This document shows positions 53,780 through 63,464 of a DNA stretch of 64,000 bases, one piece after another; within the stretch, counting starts at the first letter, position 1, and every line of letters starts with the position of its first letter. Both the position numbers and the translations under genes were made by a program. A model generated the notes under the pieces. The model did no database searches, was not told the DNA's origin, and worked only from the letters and a program-made list of their open reading frames with translations. Origin of the DNA: an uncultured delta proteobacterium. GTDB taxonomy: Bacteria > Desulfobacterota > RBG-13-43-22. The stretch covers positions 96,001-160,000 of the forward strand of contig CAWJJC010000003.1 in the NCBI GenBank assembly GCA_963843145.1. The letters run 5' to 3'.

Positions 53780-53998
53780 ATGGCAAAAGAAGAGGCCATC
53801 GAAGTTGAGGGTACGGTAGTCGAAACCCTGCCGAACGCCATGTTCCGGGTGGAATTGCCCAACGGACACCGGCTTCTGGCCCACATCTCGGGGAAGATGC
53901 GCATGCATTTTATCAAGATTCTTCCGGGGGATAAAGTCACCGTCGGGGTTTCCCCCTATGATTTCAACCGGGGGCGGATTATCTACCGCTCTAAATAA
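53780..53998 (+). CDS. infA: Translation initiation factor IF-1
   Basis: [18 protein letters not shown]. Confidence 0.97.
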   Translation: MAKEEAIEVEGTVVETLPNAMFRVELPNGHRLLAHISGKMRMHFIKILPGDKVTVGVSPYDFNRGRIIYRSK

Positions 53999-54025
53999 CC
54001 TAACCCAGCCACCCACGAGGAAAAC

Positions 54026-54139
54026 ATGAAGGTTAAAGCGTCCGTTAAGAAAATCTGCTCCAAATGTAAGATCATCCAGCGTAAAGGCGTGGTCCGGGTG
54101 ATTTGCGAGAATCCCAAACATAAGCAGCGCCAAGGATAA
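54026..54139 (+). CDS. rpmJ: 50S ribosomal protein L36
   Basis: [37 protein letters not shown]; below the ORF-track cut-off. Confidence 0.96.
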   Translation: MKVKASVKKICSKCKIIQRKGVVRVICENPKHKQRQG

Positions 54140-54153
54140 AGGGGGAAAGCCAA

Positions 54154-54525
54154 TTGGCCAGAATAGCCGGAATTGATTTGCCTAAAAATAAGAGGATCGA
54201 AGTGGCCTTGACCTACATCTACGGAATAGGCCGATCCGTTTCACGTAAAATATTAACCGCAGCGCAGGTGTCGCCGGATATCAAAACCGACCGGCTATCG
54301 GAAGCCCAGGTTACCAGCATCCGCAAGGTGGTGGATGCGGACTATCAGGTGGAGGGCGATTTGCGCCGGGAAGTTTCCATGAGCATCAAACGGCTGATGG
54401 ATTTAGGGACCTACCGGGGGCTAAGGCACCGGAAATCCCTGCCCGTGAACGGACAAAGGACCCATACCAACGCCCGGACACGCAAGGGCCCGCGCCGAAC
54501 CTTAGCGGGCAAAAAGAAGAAATAA
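54154..54525 (+). CDS. rpsM: 30S ribosomal protein S13
   Basis: [23 protein letters not shown]. Confidence 0.97.
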   Translation: MARIAGIDLPKNKRIEVALTYIYGIGRSVSRKILTAAQVSPDIKTDRLSEAQVTSIRKVVDADYQVEGDLRREVSMSIKRLMDLGTYRGLRHRKSLPVNGQRTHTNARTRKGPRRTLAGKKKK

Positions 54526-54541
54526 CGATCGGGGGAACCGC

Positions 54542-54937
54542 ATGGCCAAGGAAGTCAAAAAGACCGCTAAAAAGAAAAAAGAGAAAAAGAATATCCCCAT
54601 GGGCATCGCCCATATCCAATCCACCTTTAATAATACCATCGTGACCATTACCGATCCGATGGGCAACGTGGTGTCTTGGGCCAGTGCCGGGACGAAAGGC
54701 TTCAAAGGCTCCCGCAAAAGCACCCCCTTTGCGGCCCAGTTGGCGGCGGAAGATGCGGCCAAAAGGGCCATGGAGCATGGAATGCGAACCATCGACGTTT
54801 TTGTGAAGGGACCGGGCGCGGGCCGGGAAGCGGCTTTGCGGGCTCTACAGGCCGCCGGATTCACGGTTCAACTGATTCGCGATGTGACCCCCATCCCCCA
54901 TAACGGATGCCGTCCGCCCAAACGCCGGCGGGTGTAA
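54542..54937 (+). CDS. rpsK: 30S ribosomal protein S11
   Basis: [20 protein letters not shown]. Confidence 0.97.
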   Translation: MAKEVKKTAKKKKEKKNIPMGIAHIQSTFNNTIVTITDPMGNVVSWASAGTKGFKGSRKSTPFAAQLAAEDAAKRAMEHGMRTIDVFVKGPGAGREAALRALQAAGFTVQLIRDVTPIPHNGCRPPKRRRV

Positions 54938-54976
54938 CCAGTAGTATGAATCGAATAAGCCTTAAGGAGGAAAAGG

Positions 54977-55603
54977 TTGGCCAGATATAGGGATTCAGTC
55001 TGTCGGTTATGCCGCAGAGAAAACATGAAGATGTTTCTGAAAGGGGACCGTTGTTATTCCGACAAGTGCGCCATCGATCGACGGAATTATCCGCCCGGGC
55101 AGCATGGCCAGGGCCGGACCAAACACTCCGAATATGCCGTTCAGTTGCGGGAAAAACAAAAGGTCAAGTGGATGTACGGGCTTCTGGAAAATCAATTTCG
55201 GGGGACCTTTAAACATGCGGAGCGGATGAAGGGCATTACCGGAACCAACCTGTTGGTCCTTTTGGAACGCAGACTGGACAACGCAATTTATCGCTTGGGG
55301 TTCAGCAATTCTCGAAATCAAGCCCGCCAAATGGTTCGACACCAGCATTTCCTGGTCAACGGTCGAAAGACCGATATCCCTTCTTTCCAGATCCGGGTGG
55401 GCGATACCATAACGGTCAGGGAAAAAAGCCGGGGGATCGCTTCGATTCTGGAATCCATGGAAGCGGTGGCCCGTAGAGGGGTTCCCCAGTGGCTGGAATT
55501 GGACAAAGCCGGTTTTGCCGGGACGGTTAAATCGTACCCGGAGCGGGAAGAATTAACGTCACCCATGCAAGAGCAATTGATTGTCGAACTCTATTCCAAA
55601 TAG
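54977..55603 (+). CDS. rpsD: 30S ribosomal protein S4
   Basis: CRLCRRE, PGQHG, LERRLDN, IVELYSK. Confidence 0.97.
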   Translation: MARYRDSVCRLCRRENMKMFLKGDRCYSDKCAIDRRNYPPGQHGQGRTKHSEYAVQLREKQKVKWMYGLLENQFRGTFKHAERMKGITGTNLLVLLERRLDNAIYRLGFSNSRNQARQMVRHQHFLVNGRKTDIPSFQIRVGDTITVREKSRGIASILESMEAVARRGVPQWLELDKAGFAGTVKSYPEREELTSPMQEQLIVELYSK

Positions 55604-55685
55604 TTTTAGCCAAAAATATTTGACAAATTCTCAGAACATTGGATGAAAGAATCTAACCTTACCCGAGAGGGAATAAGGAGAAGCA

Positions 55686-56702
55686 ATGCAGCGTAACTGG
55701 AGAGAATTGATAAGGCCAAAAAAGCTGGAAGTGGATCCCGACGACCATAGCCGGTTCTACGGCAAATTTGTCTGCGAACCCCTGGAACGGGGATATGGGG
55801 TGACTATCGGGAATTCCCTGCGGCGGGTGTTGATCTCGTCACTCCAGGGGGCGGCCATCGTCTCGGCTAAAATCGAAGGCGTTTTGCATGAGTTTTCCAC
55901 CATCCCCGGGGTGGTGGAGGATGTAACCGATATTCTTTTAAATCTCAAAGAAGTGCGTTGTCGGCTGCGGGGCGAAGAGCCGCGGACGATTAAAATCAAT
56001 AAGAGCGGGGAGGGTTTGGTCAAGGGCAAGGATATCCTGACGGATCCTCAGGTGGAGATTTTAAATCCCGAGCAACACATTGCCACCCTGTCGATCGACG
56101 GGCAGTTCAAGGCCGAGATGCAGGTCCGACCGGGTAAGGGCTATGTTCCGTCCGAGCGGAATAAGACGGAAGATGCCCCGGTGGGGACGATTTTTCTGGA
56201 CGCTGCCTTTTCACCGATCGTCAAAGTGAATTATGTGGTCAGTAACGCCCGTGTCGGGCAGATAACCGATTATGACAAACTGACCCTGGAGATCTGGACC
56301 GACGGCAGTATTACCCCGGAAGACGCTATCGCGGTAGCCGCCAAAATTCTCAAAGAACAGTTGAGTATCTTTATCAATTTTGAAGAGGAAAAAGAAGAAC
56401 CGACCGGCGAGGATGAAAAGCCCGCGGAGGAGCAGATCAACTCCAATTTATACAAGAGTGTTGAGGAATTGGAGCTTTCGGTTCGTTCGGCGAATTGCTT
56501 AAAAAATGCCCATATTCGGTTTATTTGGGAATTGGTCCAGAAGACGGAATCCGAGATGCTGAAAACCAAGAATTTTGGACGCAAATCCTTAAATGAAATC
56601 AAGGCTATTTTGGAAGAAATGGGGCTGAATTTGGGCATAAAAATTGATGGCTTTATGCCTCCATCCGTTGAAGAGATCAAGGAAGAAGAACATGCGACAT
56701 AA
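55686..56702 (+). CDS. rpoA: RNA polymerase alpha subunit
   Basis: [29 protein letters not shown]. Confidence 0.97.
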   Translation: MQRNWRELIRPKKLEVDPDDHSRFYGKFVCEPLERGYGVTIGNSLRRVLISSLQGAAIVSAKIEGVLHEFSTIPGVVEDVTDILLNLKEVRCRLRGEEPRTIKINKSGEGLVKGKDILTDPQVEILNPEQHIATLSIDGQFKAEMQVRPGKGYVPSERNKTEDAPVGTIFLDAAFSPIVKVNYVVSNARVGQITDYDKLTLEIWTDGSITPEDAIAVAAKILKEQLSIFINFEEEKEEPTGEDEKPAEEQINSNLYKSVEELELSVRSANCLKNAHIRFIWELVQKTESEMLKTKNFGRKSLNEIKAILEEMGLNLGIKIDGFMPPSVEEIKEEEHAT

Positions 56703-57162
56703 TTGTGCCGGAAGAAAATTGGGTCGAACCAGCAGTCACCGGTTGGCCATGATGCGTAATATGGTGACCTCGCTCATTGAGCATGAGCGCATCGAAACCA
56801 CGTCGGCCAAGGCCAAAGAACTTCGCCTGGAAGCGGAAAAAATGATTACCCTGGCTAAGAAGGGGGATCTCCATGCCCGGCGCCAGGCTCTGGCCTTTAT
56901 CCGGGACAAGGACGTGGTTCATAAACTGTTTGATGAAATCAAGAATCGTTATTTAGATCGTAACGGCGGCTACACCAAAATCAGCAAACTGCGCTATCGC
57001 CTGGGGGACGCCGCTCTGATTTCGGTGATTGAATTGGTCGGACGGAAAGAGGAACAGAAGACCAAAAAGAAAAAAGGGAAGGCTCAGGAGGCCATGGACA
57101 AAGTCAAAGGCCTCATTTCCCGGGATAAAGAACCCAAGGAAGAGGCCGTAAAGTCAGAGTAA
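56692..57162 (+). CDS. rplQ: 50S ribosomal protein L17 with Lys/Glu-rich tail
   Basis: MRH..GRKLGR..SHR, RNGGYT, R.GD.A. Confidence 0.96.
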   Translation: MRHNCAGRKLGRTSSHRLAMMRNMVTSLIEHERIETTSAKAKELRLEAEKMITLAKKGDLHARRQALAFIRDKDVVHKLFDEIKNRYLDRNGGYTKISKLRYRLGDAALISVIELVGRKEEQKTKKKKGKAQEAMDKVKGLISRDKEPKEEAVKSE

Positions 57163-57204
57163 TTTGGTCGCCACGCCGGATCCTCGGAGCGACCCGTGGC
57201 CAAC

Positions 57205-57359
57205 TTGAAAATTGAACATCGAACATCGAACGTCCAACATTGAATGAAAAGGCTATAAATCCAAAACCGAAAACTCGGTCCCACTTCGGCGGGATTTCTT
57301 CCTCCTTTTCTATCCCCTATTCGATGTTTGATGTTCGACGTTCGATGTTGGGCGTTTAT
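57205..57359. repeat. Inverted TCGAACA/TGTTCGA heptamer arrays with no enclosed gene
   Basis: TTGAAAA TTGAACA TCGAACA TCGAACG TCCAACA TTGAATG (57205-57246) and TATTCGA TGTTTGA TGTTCGA CGTTCGA TGTTGGG CGTTTAT (57318-57359). Confidence 0.85.
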
Positions 57360-57379
57360 TTTTATCAGTAATCCTTCCA

Positions 57380-58123
57380 ATGGAACCCGCAGCCGATGCC
57401 CCGGACGAAGCCCGTATCCGCCAGGTCCGCCGGATATTCTCCAGCATCACCGACCGCTACGATTTTCTTAATCACTTACTGAGCGCCGGGCGGGACATCT
57501 CCTGGCGACGGTTTATGGTCCGGCGACTTCGCTTTTTCCGGACCCGGCGCCTGCTGGACCTGGCCACCGGGACCGGCGATGTGGCCATTGAGGCCGCGCG
57601 AATCCATCCCCGCCTTCAGGTCTATGGGCTGGACTTTGCGGTGCCCATGCTGGAGGCGGCCCGGCCTAAAATCCGGCACCGGGGCCTGTCCGACCGCGTC
57701 AAACTCCTGCAGGGGGACGCCCTGAATCTGCCTTTTCCCGCTGAACACTTTGACGCCGTCACCGTAGCTTTCGGCATCCGCAACATGCCGGATCGGGCCC
57801 GGGTACTCCAGGAAATAATGCGGGTCCTGGTCCCCGGCGGCGGCCTGTCCATCCTGGAGTTTACCACTCCCCAGGGAAAAGTTTTCCGCAAACTGTATTT
57901 TTCTTACCTGAACCGGCTATTGCCTCGTTTGGCCCAGCTTTTTACCAAAAACCCGGAAGCCTACCAGTACCTGGCCGAATCGATCATGCGCTTTCCCTAT
58001 CCGGATGATTTTGTTCGGGAGATCCGGCAGGCCCATTTCTCGGAGGGGAAAAAATTCGCCTTAACCGGGGGGATAACTTATTTGTATGAGGGGCGGAAGC
58101 TTTTAAATAATAAGAAGTCCTAA
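57380..58123 (+). CDS. ubiE: UbiE/MenG quinone C-methyltransferase
   Basis: F..I..RYD..N..LS.G, LDLATGTGD, FGIRN, Y.YL.ESI. Confidence 0.9.
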   Translation: MEPAADAPDEARIRQVRRIFSSITDRYDFLNHLLSAGRDISWRRFMVRRLRFFRTRRLLDLATGTGDVAIEAARIHPRLQVYGLDFAVPMLEAARPKIRHRGLSDRVKLLQGDALNLPFPAEHFDAVTVAFGIRNMPDRARVLQEIMRVLVPGGGLSILEFTTPQGKVFRKLYFSYLNRLLPRLAQLFTKNPEAYQYLAESIMRFPYPDDFVREIRQAHFSEGKKFALTGGITYLYEGRKLLNNKKS

Positions 58124-58131
58124 AGGAAACT

Positions 58132-58611
58132 ATGCGCTATTCAACAGCCCAAATGGGCCGTATTTTTGTTATCCGGCTGGAAGATGGAGAAGTCCTGCAC
58201 GAAACGATCGAACAGTTCGCCCAGGAAGAGGGAATCCGGGCGGCGGCATTGGTCCTGGTGGGCGGGGCGGATGAAGGGAGCAAACTGGTGGTGGGGCCCG
58301 AAGAGGGGAGGGCCGACCCGGTCAATCCCCTGACCCGGGTTCTGGCCGGTGTCCACGAAATCACCGGGACCGGGACGCTCTTCCCGGATGAGGAAGGGAA
58401 ATCGGTGTTGCACCTGCATATCGCCGCCGGGCGGGAGGAGGCCACGATGACCGGCTGCGTCCGGAGCGGGGTGAAGATCTGGCATATCGGCGAAGTCATT
58501 TTGTTTGAGCTGACCGACACCCCGGCCATTCGAAAATTGGATCCCCGGTTGGGATTCAAACTGCTTTGCCCCGAAGGGAGTAACAGCACCGAGGGGAGAA
58601 GAATGGAATAA
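58132..58611 (+). CDS. PPC domain / DUF296 protein
   Basis: RIFVIRLEDGE, EITGTG, LHLH. Confidence 0.8.
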   Translation: MRYSTAQMGRIFVIRLEDGEVLHETIEQFAQEEGIRAAALVLVGGADEGSKLVVGPEEGRADPVNPLTRVLAGVHEITGTGTLFPDEEGKSVLHLHIAAGREEATMTGCVRSGVKIWHIGEVILFELTDTPAIRKLDPRLGFKLLCPEGSNSTEGRRME

Positions 58612-58615
58612 TGGA

Positions 58616-60424
58616 ATGATGGATACTATGAAAAACATACGCAACTTCAGCATCATCGCCCACATTGACCACGGCAAGTCCACCTTGGCCGACCGCTTGA
58701 TCCAGTATGCCGGTCTGGTGGAGGCCCGCCAGTTCCGGGATCAGATCCTGGACACCATGGATATTGAGCGGGAGCGGGGGATCACCATCAAGAGCCAGAC
58801 CGTCAGCCTGCCCTATACCAGTCTGAAAAGGGAGGATTATATCCTCAACCTGATTGACACTCCCGGTCATGTGGATTTTTCCTATGAAGTTTCCCGGGCT
58901 TTGGCTTCTTGCGAAGGAGTGTTGTTGCTGATCGATGCCGCCCAGGGGGTCCAGGCCCAGACCCTGGCCAATATGTACGCGGCCCTGGAGCAGGATCTGA
59001 CCATCATTCCGGTGATCAATAAGATCGACCTGCCCTCGGCCGATATCGAGCGGGTGAAAGAGCAGATCGAGATCGATCTGGGCCTGGATTCCGACCAGGC
59101 CCTGCTCTGTTCGGCTAAGGAAGGGATGGGTATCCGGGAAATACTGGAAGCCATAGTGGAGCGTATTCCGCCGCCCCAGGGGAGCCCGGAAGCGCCCTTG
59201 AGCGCCTTGATCTTCGACGCCCATTACGATCCCTTCCGGGGGACCATCGTGAGCTGCCGGGTCTTCGACGGGGAGGTCAAACCCGGCCAGGTCATACGAC
59301 TCATGTATAACGGAGCGTCCTATCAGGTGGAAGAAACGGGGATCTTTCGTCTGCCCCGGGAGCCTCGTCCGCGTCTCTCCGCCGGCGAGGTAGGTTACCT
59401 CATCGCCGGGATCAAAACCGTGAGTGATACCCGGATCGGCGACACGATCACCCTGGAGGCCCGTCCCGCGCCCGGCCCGCTTCCGGGCTTCAAGGAGGTG
59501 AAGCCCGTGGTCTTTTCCTCGGTCTATCCGATCTCCTCTGAAGACTACCAGTCTCTGGCCGAGGCCCTGGAAAAATATAAGCTGAACGACGCGGCCCTGA
59601 TTTATGAAAAAGATTCCTCGGCCGCCCTGGGCCAAGGGTTTCGCTGCGGTTTTTTAGGGTTGCTGCACCTGGAAATCGTCCAGGAACGGCTGGAGCGGGA
59701 GTATGACCAGAACATCATCATGACCGTGCCCAGCGTCCAGTATCGCTACACGCTCAAAGGCGGGAAGACGCTGTTGGTCGACAATCCCCAGTATTACCCG
59801 GACCCCATGGACATCGCCCTCTCCGAGGAGCCCTATATCCGGGCCAGCATCCTGATCCCAGATACCTACCTGGGGAATATCATGGCCCTCTGCCGGGAGC
59901 GGCGGGGGGATACGCCCCACTTCAACTATCCCACCCCGGGTCGCGTGGAGATCCTGGTGGATCTGCCCCTGGCCGAGGTCATCTATGATTTTTATGACAA
60001 GCTGAAAAGCCAGACCCGGGGCTACGGCTCTTTTGATTATGATTTCCTCGATTACCGGCCCAGCGACCTGGTCAAACTAGATATTCTGGTCAACAGCCAG
60101 AAGGTGGATGCCCTGTCGCTGATGGTCCATAAGGATCGGGCCCGAATCAGGGCCGTGCAAATCTGTGATCGTCTCAAGGAAGAGATCCCCAAACAAATGT
60201 TTAAGATCGCCATCCAAGGGGCCATCGGCGGCACGATCATTGCCCGTTCCACCGTCTCCGCCTTTCGGAAAGACGTGACGGCCAAATGCTACGGGGGGGA
60301 TATCACCCGGAAAAGAAAGCTCCTGGAAAAACAGAAGGCCGGCAAGAAAAGGATGAAGATGGTGGGAGCCGTGGAAATTCCCCAGGGCGCCTTCGTGGCG
60401 GTCCTGAAGAGCGATACCGATTAG
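58616..60424 (+). CDS. lepA: Elongation factor 4 (LepA)
   Basis: IRNFSIIAHIDHGKSTLADR, GFRCGFLGLLH, KCYGGDITRKRKLL. Confidence 0.97.
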   Translation: MMDTMKNIRNFSIIAHIDHGKSTLADRLIQYAGLVEARQFRDQILDTMDIERERGITIKSQTVSLPYTSLKREDYILNLIDTPGHVDFSYEVSRALASCEGVLLLIDAAQGVQAQTLANMYAALEQDLTIIPVINKIDLPSADIERVKEQIEIDLGLDSDQALLCSAKEGMGIREILEAIVERIPPPQGSPEAPLSALIFDAHYDPFRGTIVSCRVFDGEVKPGQVIRLMYNGASYQVEETGIFRLPREPRPRLSAGEVGYLIAGIKTVSDTRIGDTITLEARPAPGPLPGFKEVKPVVFSSVYPISSEDYQSLAEALEKYKLNDAALIYEKDSSAALGQGFRCGFLGLLHLEIVQERLEREYDQNIIMTVPSVQYRYTLKGGKTLLVDNPQYYPDPMDIALSEEPYIRASILIPDTYLGNIMALCRERRGDTPHFNYPTPGRVEILVDLPLAEVIYDFYDKLKSQTRGYGSFDYDFLDYRPSDLVKLDILVNSQKVDALSLMVHKDRARIRAVQICDRLKEEIPKQMFKIAIQGAIGGTIIARSTVSAFRKDVTAKCYGGDITRKRKLLEKQKAGKKRMKMVGAVEIPQGAFVAVLKSDTD

Positions 60425-60438
60425 GGGCCGGCCTAGGA

Positions 60439-60608
60439 AAATCCGAAATTCGAAGCAGGAAATCGACTCGGCTGAGCGGCTCGACCTGAGCCTTTTCGGC
60501 AAGCGCAAGACCTTGAGCGACTAGACTGAGCTCGCCGAAGTCCTGTCGCAGGGCTCGCCGACAGGCCTCGTTGCCGGTCGAAACAAGCGGAAGGTCCAAA
60601 ATCCAAAT
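60439..60608. repeat. AAATTCG-type heptamer arm interrupted by nested short palindromic units
   Basis: AAATCCG AAATTCG AAGCAGG AAATC [~114 nt] CG AAAC...; insert has hairpins GGCTC-GACCT-GAGCC and CCTGTCG..CGACAGG and repeated CT(C/A)G(A/G)C(C)TGAGC. Confidence 0.6.
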
Positions 60609-60641
60609 TGGGGAAGGGTTGAGGTCGGAGGGGTAAACCTA

Positions 60642-62000
60642 GTGAAGGTGATCATCGTCGGTGCGGGTGAAGTGGGTTTTCACCTGGCCCAGTGGCTGGA
60701 ATCGGAACGGAAAGAGATCGTGATGATCGACAAGAATCCGGAGGTGCTCAAATGGGTGATCGAGCATCTGGACGTGATGATCATCCGGGGGTCAGGCTCC
60801 GATCCGCGCGTACTGGAAGAAGCCGGCCTGAAACAGGCGGATGTTCTCTTAGCCGCCACGGACAGCGATGAGGTCAACCTGACCTGTTGCTATTTCGCCA
60901 ACCTGATGGCGCCGGATATTCAAAAGATCCTGCTGGTGCGCAACGAGGAGTATACCCGTTACCATGATAAGTTGACTAGGGATTTGAAGATCAAAACCAT
61001 CATCAATCCCGACGCCGAAGTGATCCAATCCATTGAGCGGATTATTCATGCGCCGGAAGTGGAAGAGATCAATGATTTTGTCGGTGGGCAGATCAAAATG
61101 GTGGGGAAACATCTTTCCGCCTCCAGCCCGCTCAATGGAATTAAGATTTCTAAATTGCCTGAAAAATACAAAAACCACCCGGTCATCATTGCCGCCATCG
61201 TTCGGGATGAACGACTAATCGTTCCCAAGGGAAATGATTCCTTACTTGCCGAAGACCTGGTCTATTTTGTTTTTGAAGAAAGATACTTTGACGAGATCGT
61301 GAAGTCTTTCGGCTGGCAAAGCAGGGTCCTCAAAAATATTCTGATTTTCGGAGGAGGAAACATTGGTTTTGGACTGGCCCAATCCCTGGAGGGCCATCGC
61401 TACAACGTCAAACTGATCGAAAAAGACTTGGAACGTTGTCAGACCCTATCCCGGCAACTCCAACGGACTATTGTGTTGCAGGGAAATGCTACCGACCAGG
61501 TTTTCCTGGAGCAGGAGAATATCGGCCGTATGGACCTGGTGGTAGCCATGACTCGGGACGAAGAAATGAATATCCTCTCCTGCCTGCTGGCCAAACGGCT
61601 GGGGGCTCAAAAGACCGTGGCCCGGGTCAACAATATCGGCTACATGCCTCTGGTGGAGGCGATCGGGATCGACCATATTGTCAGTCCCCGAATGGCGGCC
61701 ATGAACTCGATCTTCCCCTACCTGCACCGGGGACGGGTGCTTTCCACCGTTTCCATTAAAGGGATTAACGCGGAGGTTTTGGAGGCCGTAGCGCTGGAAA
61801 GTTCGGATATTACCGGTAAGGCCCTGAAGTACCTTCGTTTTCCCAAAGAGGCCCTGGTTCTGTGTATTTTCCGGGACCGGGAGGTCATCATCCCCGACGG
61901 GAATTCGGTTATTTACCCTGATGACCGGGTCATCATTCTTTCCACGCGAGAAAGCATCACCCGCGTGGAACAAATCCTGGCCCACCGGGGAACCTGGTAG
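60642..62000 (+). CDS. trkA: Trk potassium uptake regulatory subunit TrkA
   Basis: Two RCK domains with GAGEVG and GGGNIG; GTG start. Confidence 0.93.
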   Translation: MKVIIVGAGEVGFHLAQWLESERKEIVMIDKNPEVLKWVIEHLDVMIIRGSGSDPRVLEEAGLKQADVLLAATDSDEVNLTCCYFANLMAPDIQKILLVRNEEYTRYHDKLTRDLKIKTIINPDAEVIQSIERIIHAPEVEEINDFVGGQIKMVGKHLSASSPLNGIKISKLPEKYKNHPVIIAAIVRDERLIVPKGNDSLLAEDLVYFVFEERYFDEIVKSFGWQSRVLKNILIFGGGNIGFGLAQSLEGHRYNVKLIEKDLERCQTLSRQLQRTIVLQGNATDQVFLEQENIGRMDLVVAMTRDEEMNILSCLLAKRLGAQKTVARVNNIGYMPLVEAIGIDHIVSPRMAAMNSIFPYLHRGRVLSTVSIKGINAEVLEAVALESSDITGKALKYLRFPKEALVLCIFRDREVIIPDGNSVIYPDDRVIILSTRESITRVEQILAHRGTW

Positions 62001-62002
62001 TC

Positions 62003-63454
62003 ATGCGCTGGAAGTTTATCTTGAATACCCTGGGGGGGCTGCTGGTGTGCATCGGACTATGCATGGCCCTAGCCTTGGGCTTTTCCATCTATTACCGGGA
62101 TTCGGGTTTCTGGCCGCTGCTGGAATCCACGGGTTTAACCGTCGGGGTGGGGTTGGCCCTTTATCTCGCCTTTCGGCAGTCCAATTCCCAGAAGGCGATT
62201 AACCATCGCGAAGGCATGGCCATTACCACCCTCTGCTGGGTGGCCGCCACCCTCTTCGGAGGACTGCCCTTTTATCTGGGACATGTGCTTCAGACACCGG
62301 TGGATTGCATCTTTGAAACCGTTTCCGGTTTCACGACCACCGGGGCCTCGGTCATCAAGGATGTGGAGATTGTGGCCCCTGGTTTGCTTTTTTGGCGCAG
62401 CCTGACCCATTGGTTGGGAGGGATGGGGATTGTGCTTCTGGGGCTGGCTATTCTACCCTTTTTGGGGGTCGGGGGGATGCAGCTCTATAAGGCGGAAGTT
62501 CCGGGGCCGGTGATGGACAAGCTCAAACCCCGGGTGAAAGACACGGCCAAGATTTTGTGGAAAGTCTACTGCTTGTTCACGGTGATCGAAGTGTTGCTTT
62601 TGTTCGGCGGAGGGATGTCTTTTTTTGATTCCCTCTGCCACACCTTCGGGACCATCGCCACCGGCGGATTTTCCACCAAAAACGCCTCGATCGCCCACTA
62701 CAAGAGCCTTTACATCGATACCGTCATTACCATTTTTATGATCATCGGCGGAATTAATTTCTCGCTGCATTTCCAACTTTTTCGCGGAAAGCCTTTGGCC
62801 CTCTGGCGGGATCGCGAGGCCCGTTTCTTCCTGGGCCTTCTGGGGTTCTTCACGGCAGCCATCACCGTTTACACCTATGGAAAAAATTACCACTCTCTCG
62901 GGCAGGCCTTTCGATACGCCTCTTTCCAGACCGCTTCGATCATGACCACCACCGGCTATTCCACGGCAGACTATGAGCTCTGGCCGGCGTTGCCGCAATG
63001 CCTGCTGTTGCTCTTGATGCTGGTCGGCGGGTCAGTCGGTTCCACCGGCGGAGGGGTGAAATGCATGCGCGTTCTGGTCCTGTTGAAACAGTCGTACAAT
63101 GAACTCCTGAGATTGATCCACCCCCGGGCCGTCTTTCGTCTTAAATTGGGCGGTGAGGCCTTATCCACCGGTGTGCTGGACGGGATTATCGGTTTCTTCG
63201 TTCTCTACCTGTTTCTCCTGGTGGGTTCCACGTTTTTCGTGGCCGCCGCGGGAGTGGATGTGGTTACCGCCTTTACCTCGGCCTTGGCCTGCATCGGTAA
63301 CGTAGGCCCGGGTATCGGAGCGGTGGGGCCCATGGACAATTACGCCGGACTGCCCTCTCTGGCCAAATGGGTTTTGTCTCTGGACATGTTGCTGGGGAGA
63401 CTGGAAATCTATACGGTATTGATTCTATTGGTTCCCAGGTTTTACCAGAAATAA
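62003..63454 (+). CDS. trkH: Trk potassium uptake permease TrkH
   Basis: SGFTTTGA, WLGGMGI, TGGF, TTTGY, GSTGGG.K, GRLE. Confidence 0.95.
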   Translation: MRWKFILNTLGGLLVCIGLCMALALGFSIYYRDSGFWPLLESTGLTVGVGLALYLAFRQSNSQKAINHREGMAITTLCWVAATLFGGLPFYLGHVLQTPVDCIFETVSGFTTTGASVIKDVEIVAPGLLFWRSLTHWLGGMGIVLLGLAILPFLGVGGMQLYKAEVPGPVMDKLKPRVKDTAKILWKVYCLFTVIEVLLLFGGGMSFFDSLCHTFGTIATGGFSTKNASIAHYKSLYIDTVITIFMIIGGINFSLHFQLFRGKPLALWRDREARFFLGLLGFFTAAITVYTYGKNYHSLGQAFRYASFQTASIMTTTGYSTADYELWPALPQCLLLLLMLVGGSVGSTGGGVKCMRVLVLLKQSYNELLRLIHPRAVFRLKLGGEALSTGVLDGIIGFFVLYLFLLVGSTFFVAAAGVDVVTAFTSALACIGNVGPGIGAVGPMDNYAGLPSLAKWVLSLDMLLGRLEIYTVLILLVPRFYQK

Positions 63455-63464
63455 GGATTTCCTA

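Noticed and set aside
57084-57380. Minus-strand ORFs reading through heptamer arrays (also 19013-19249)
   Set aside because: The translations (HRTSNIKHR, CSMFDV) are just the repeat read in frame.
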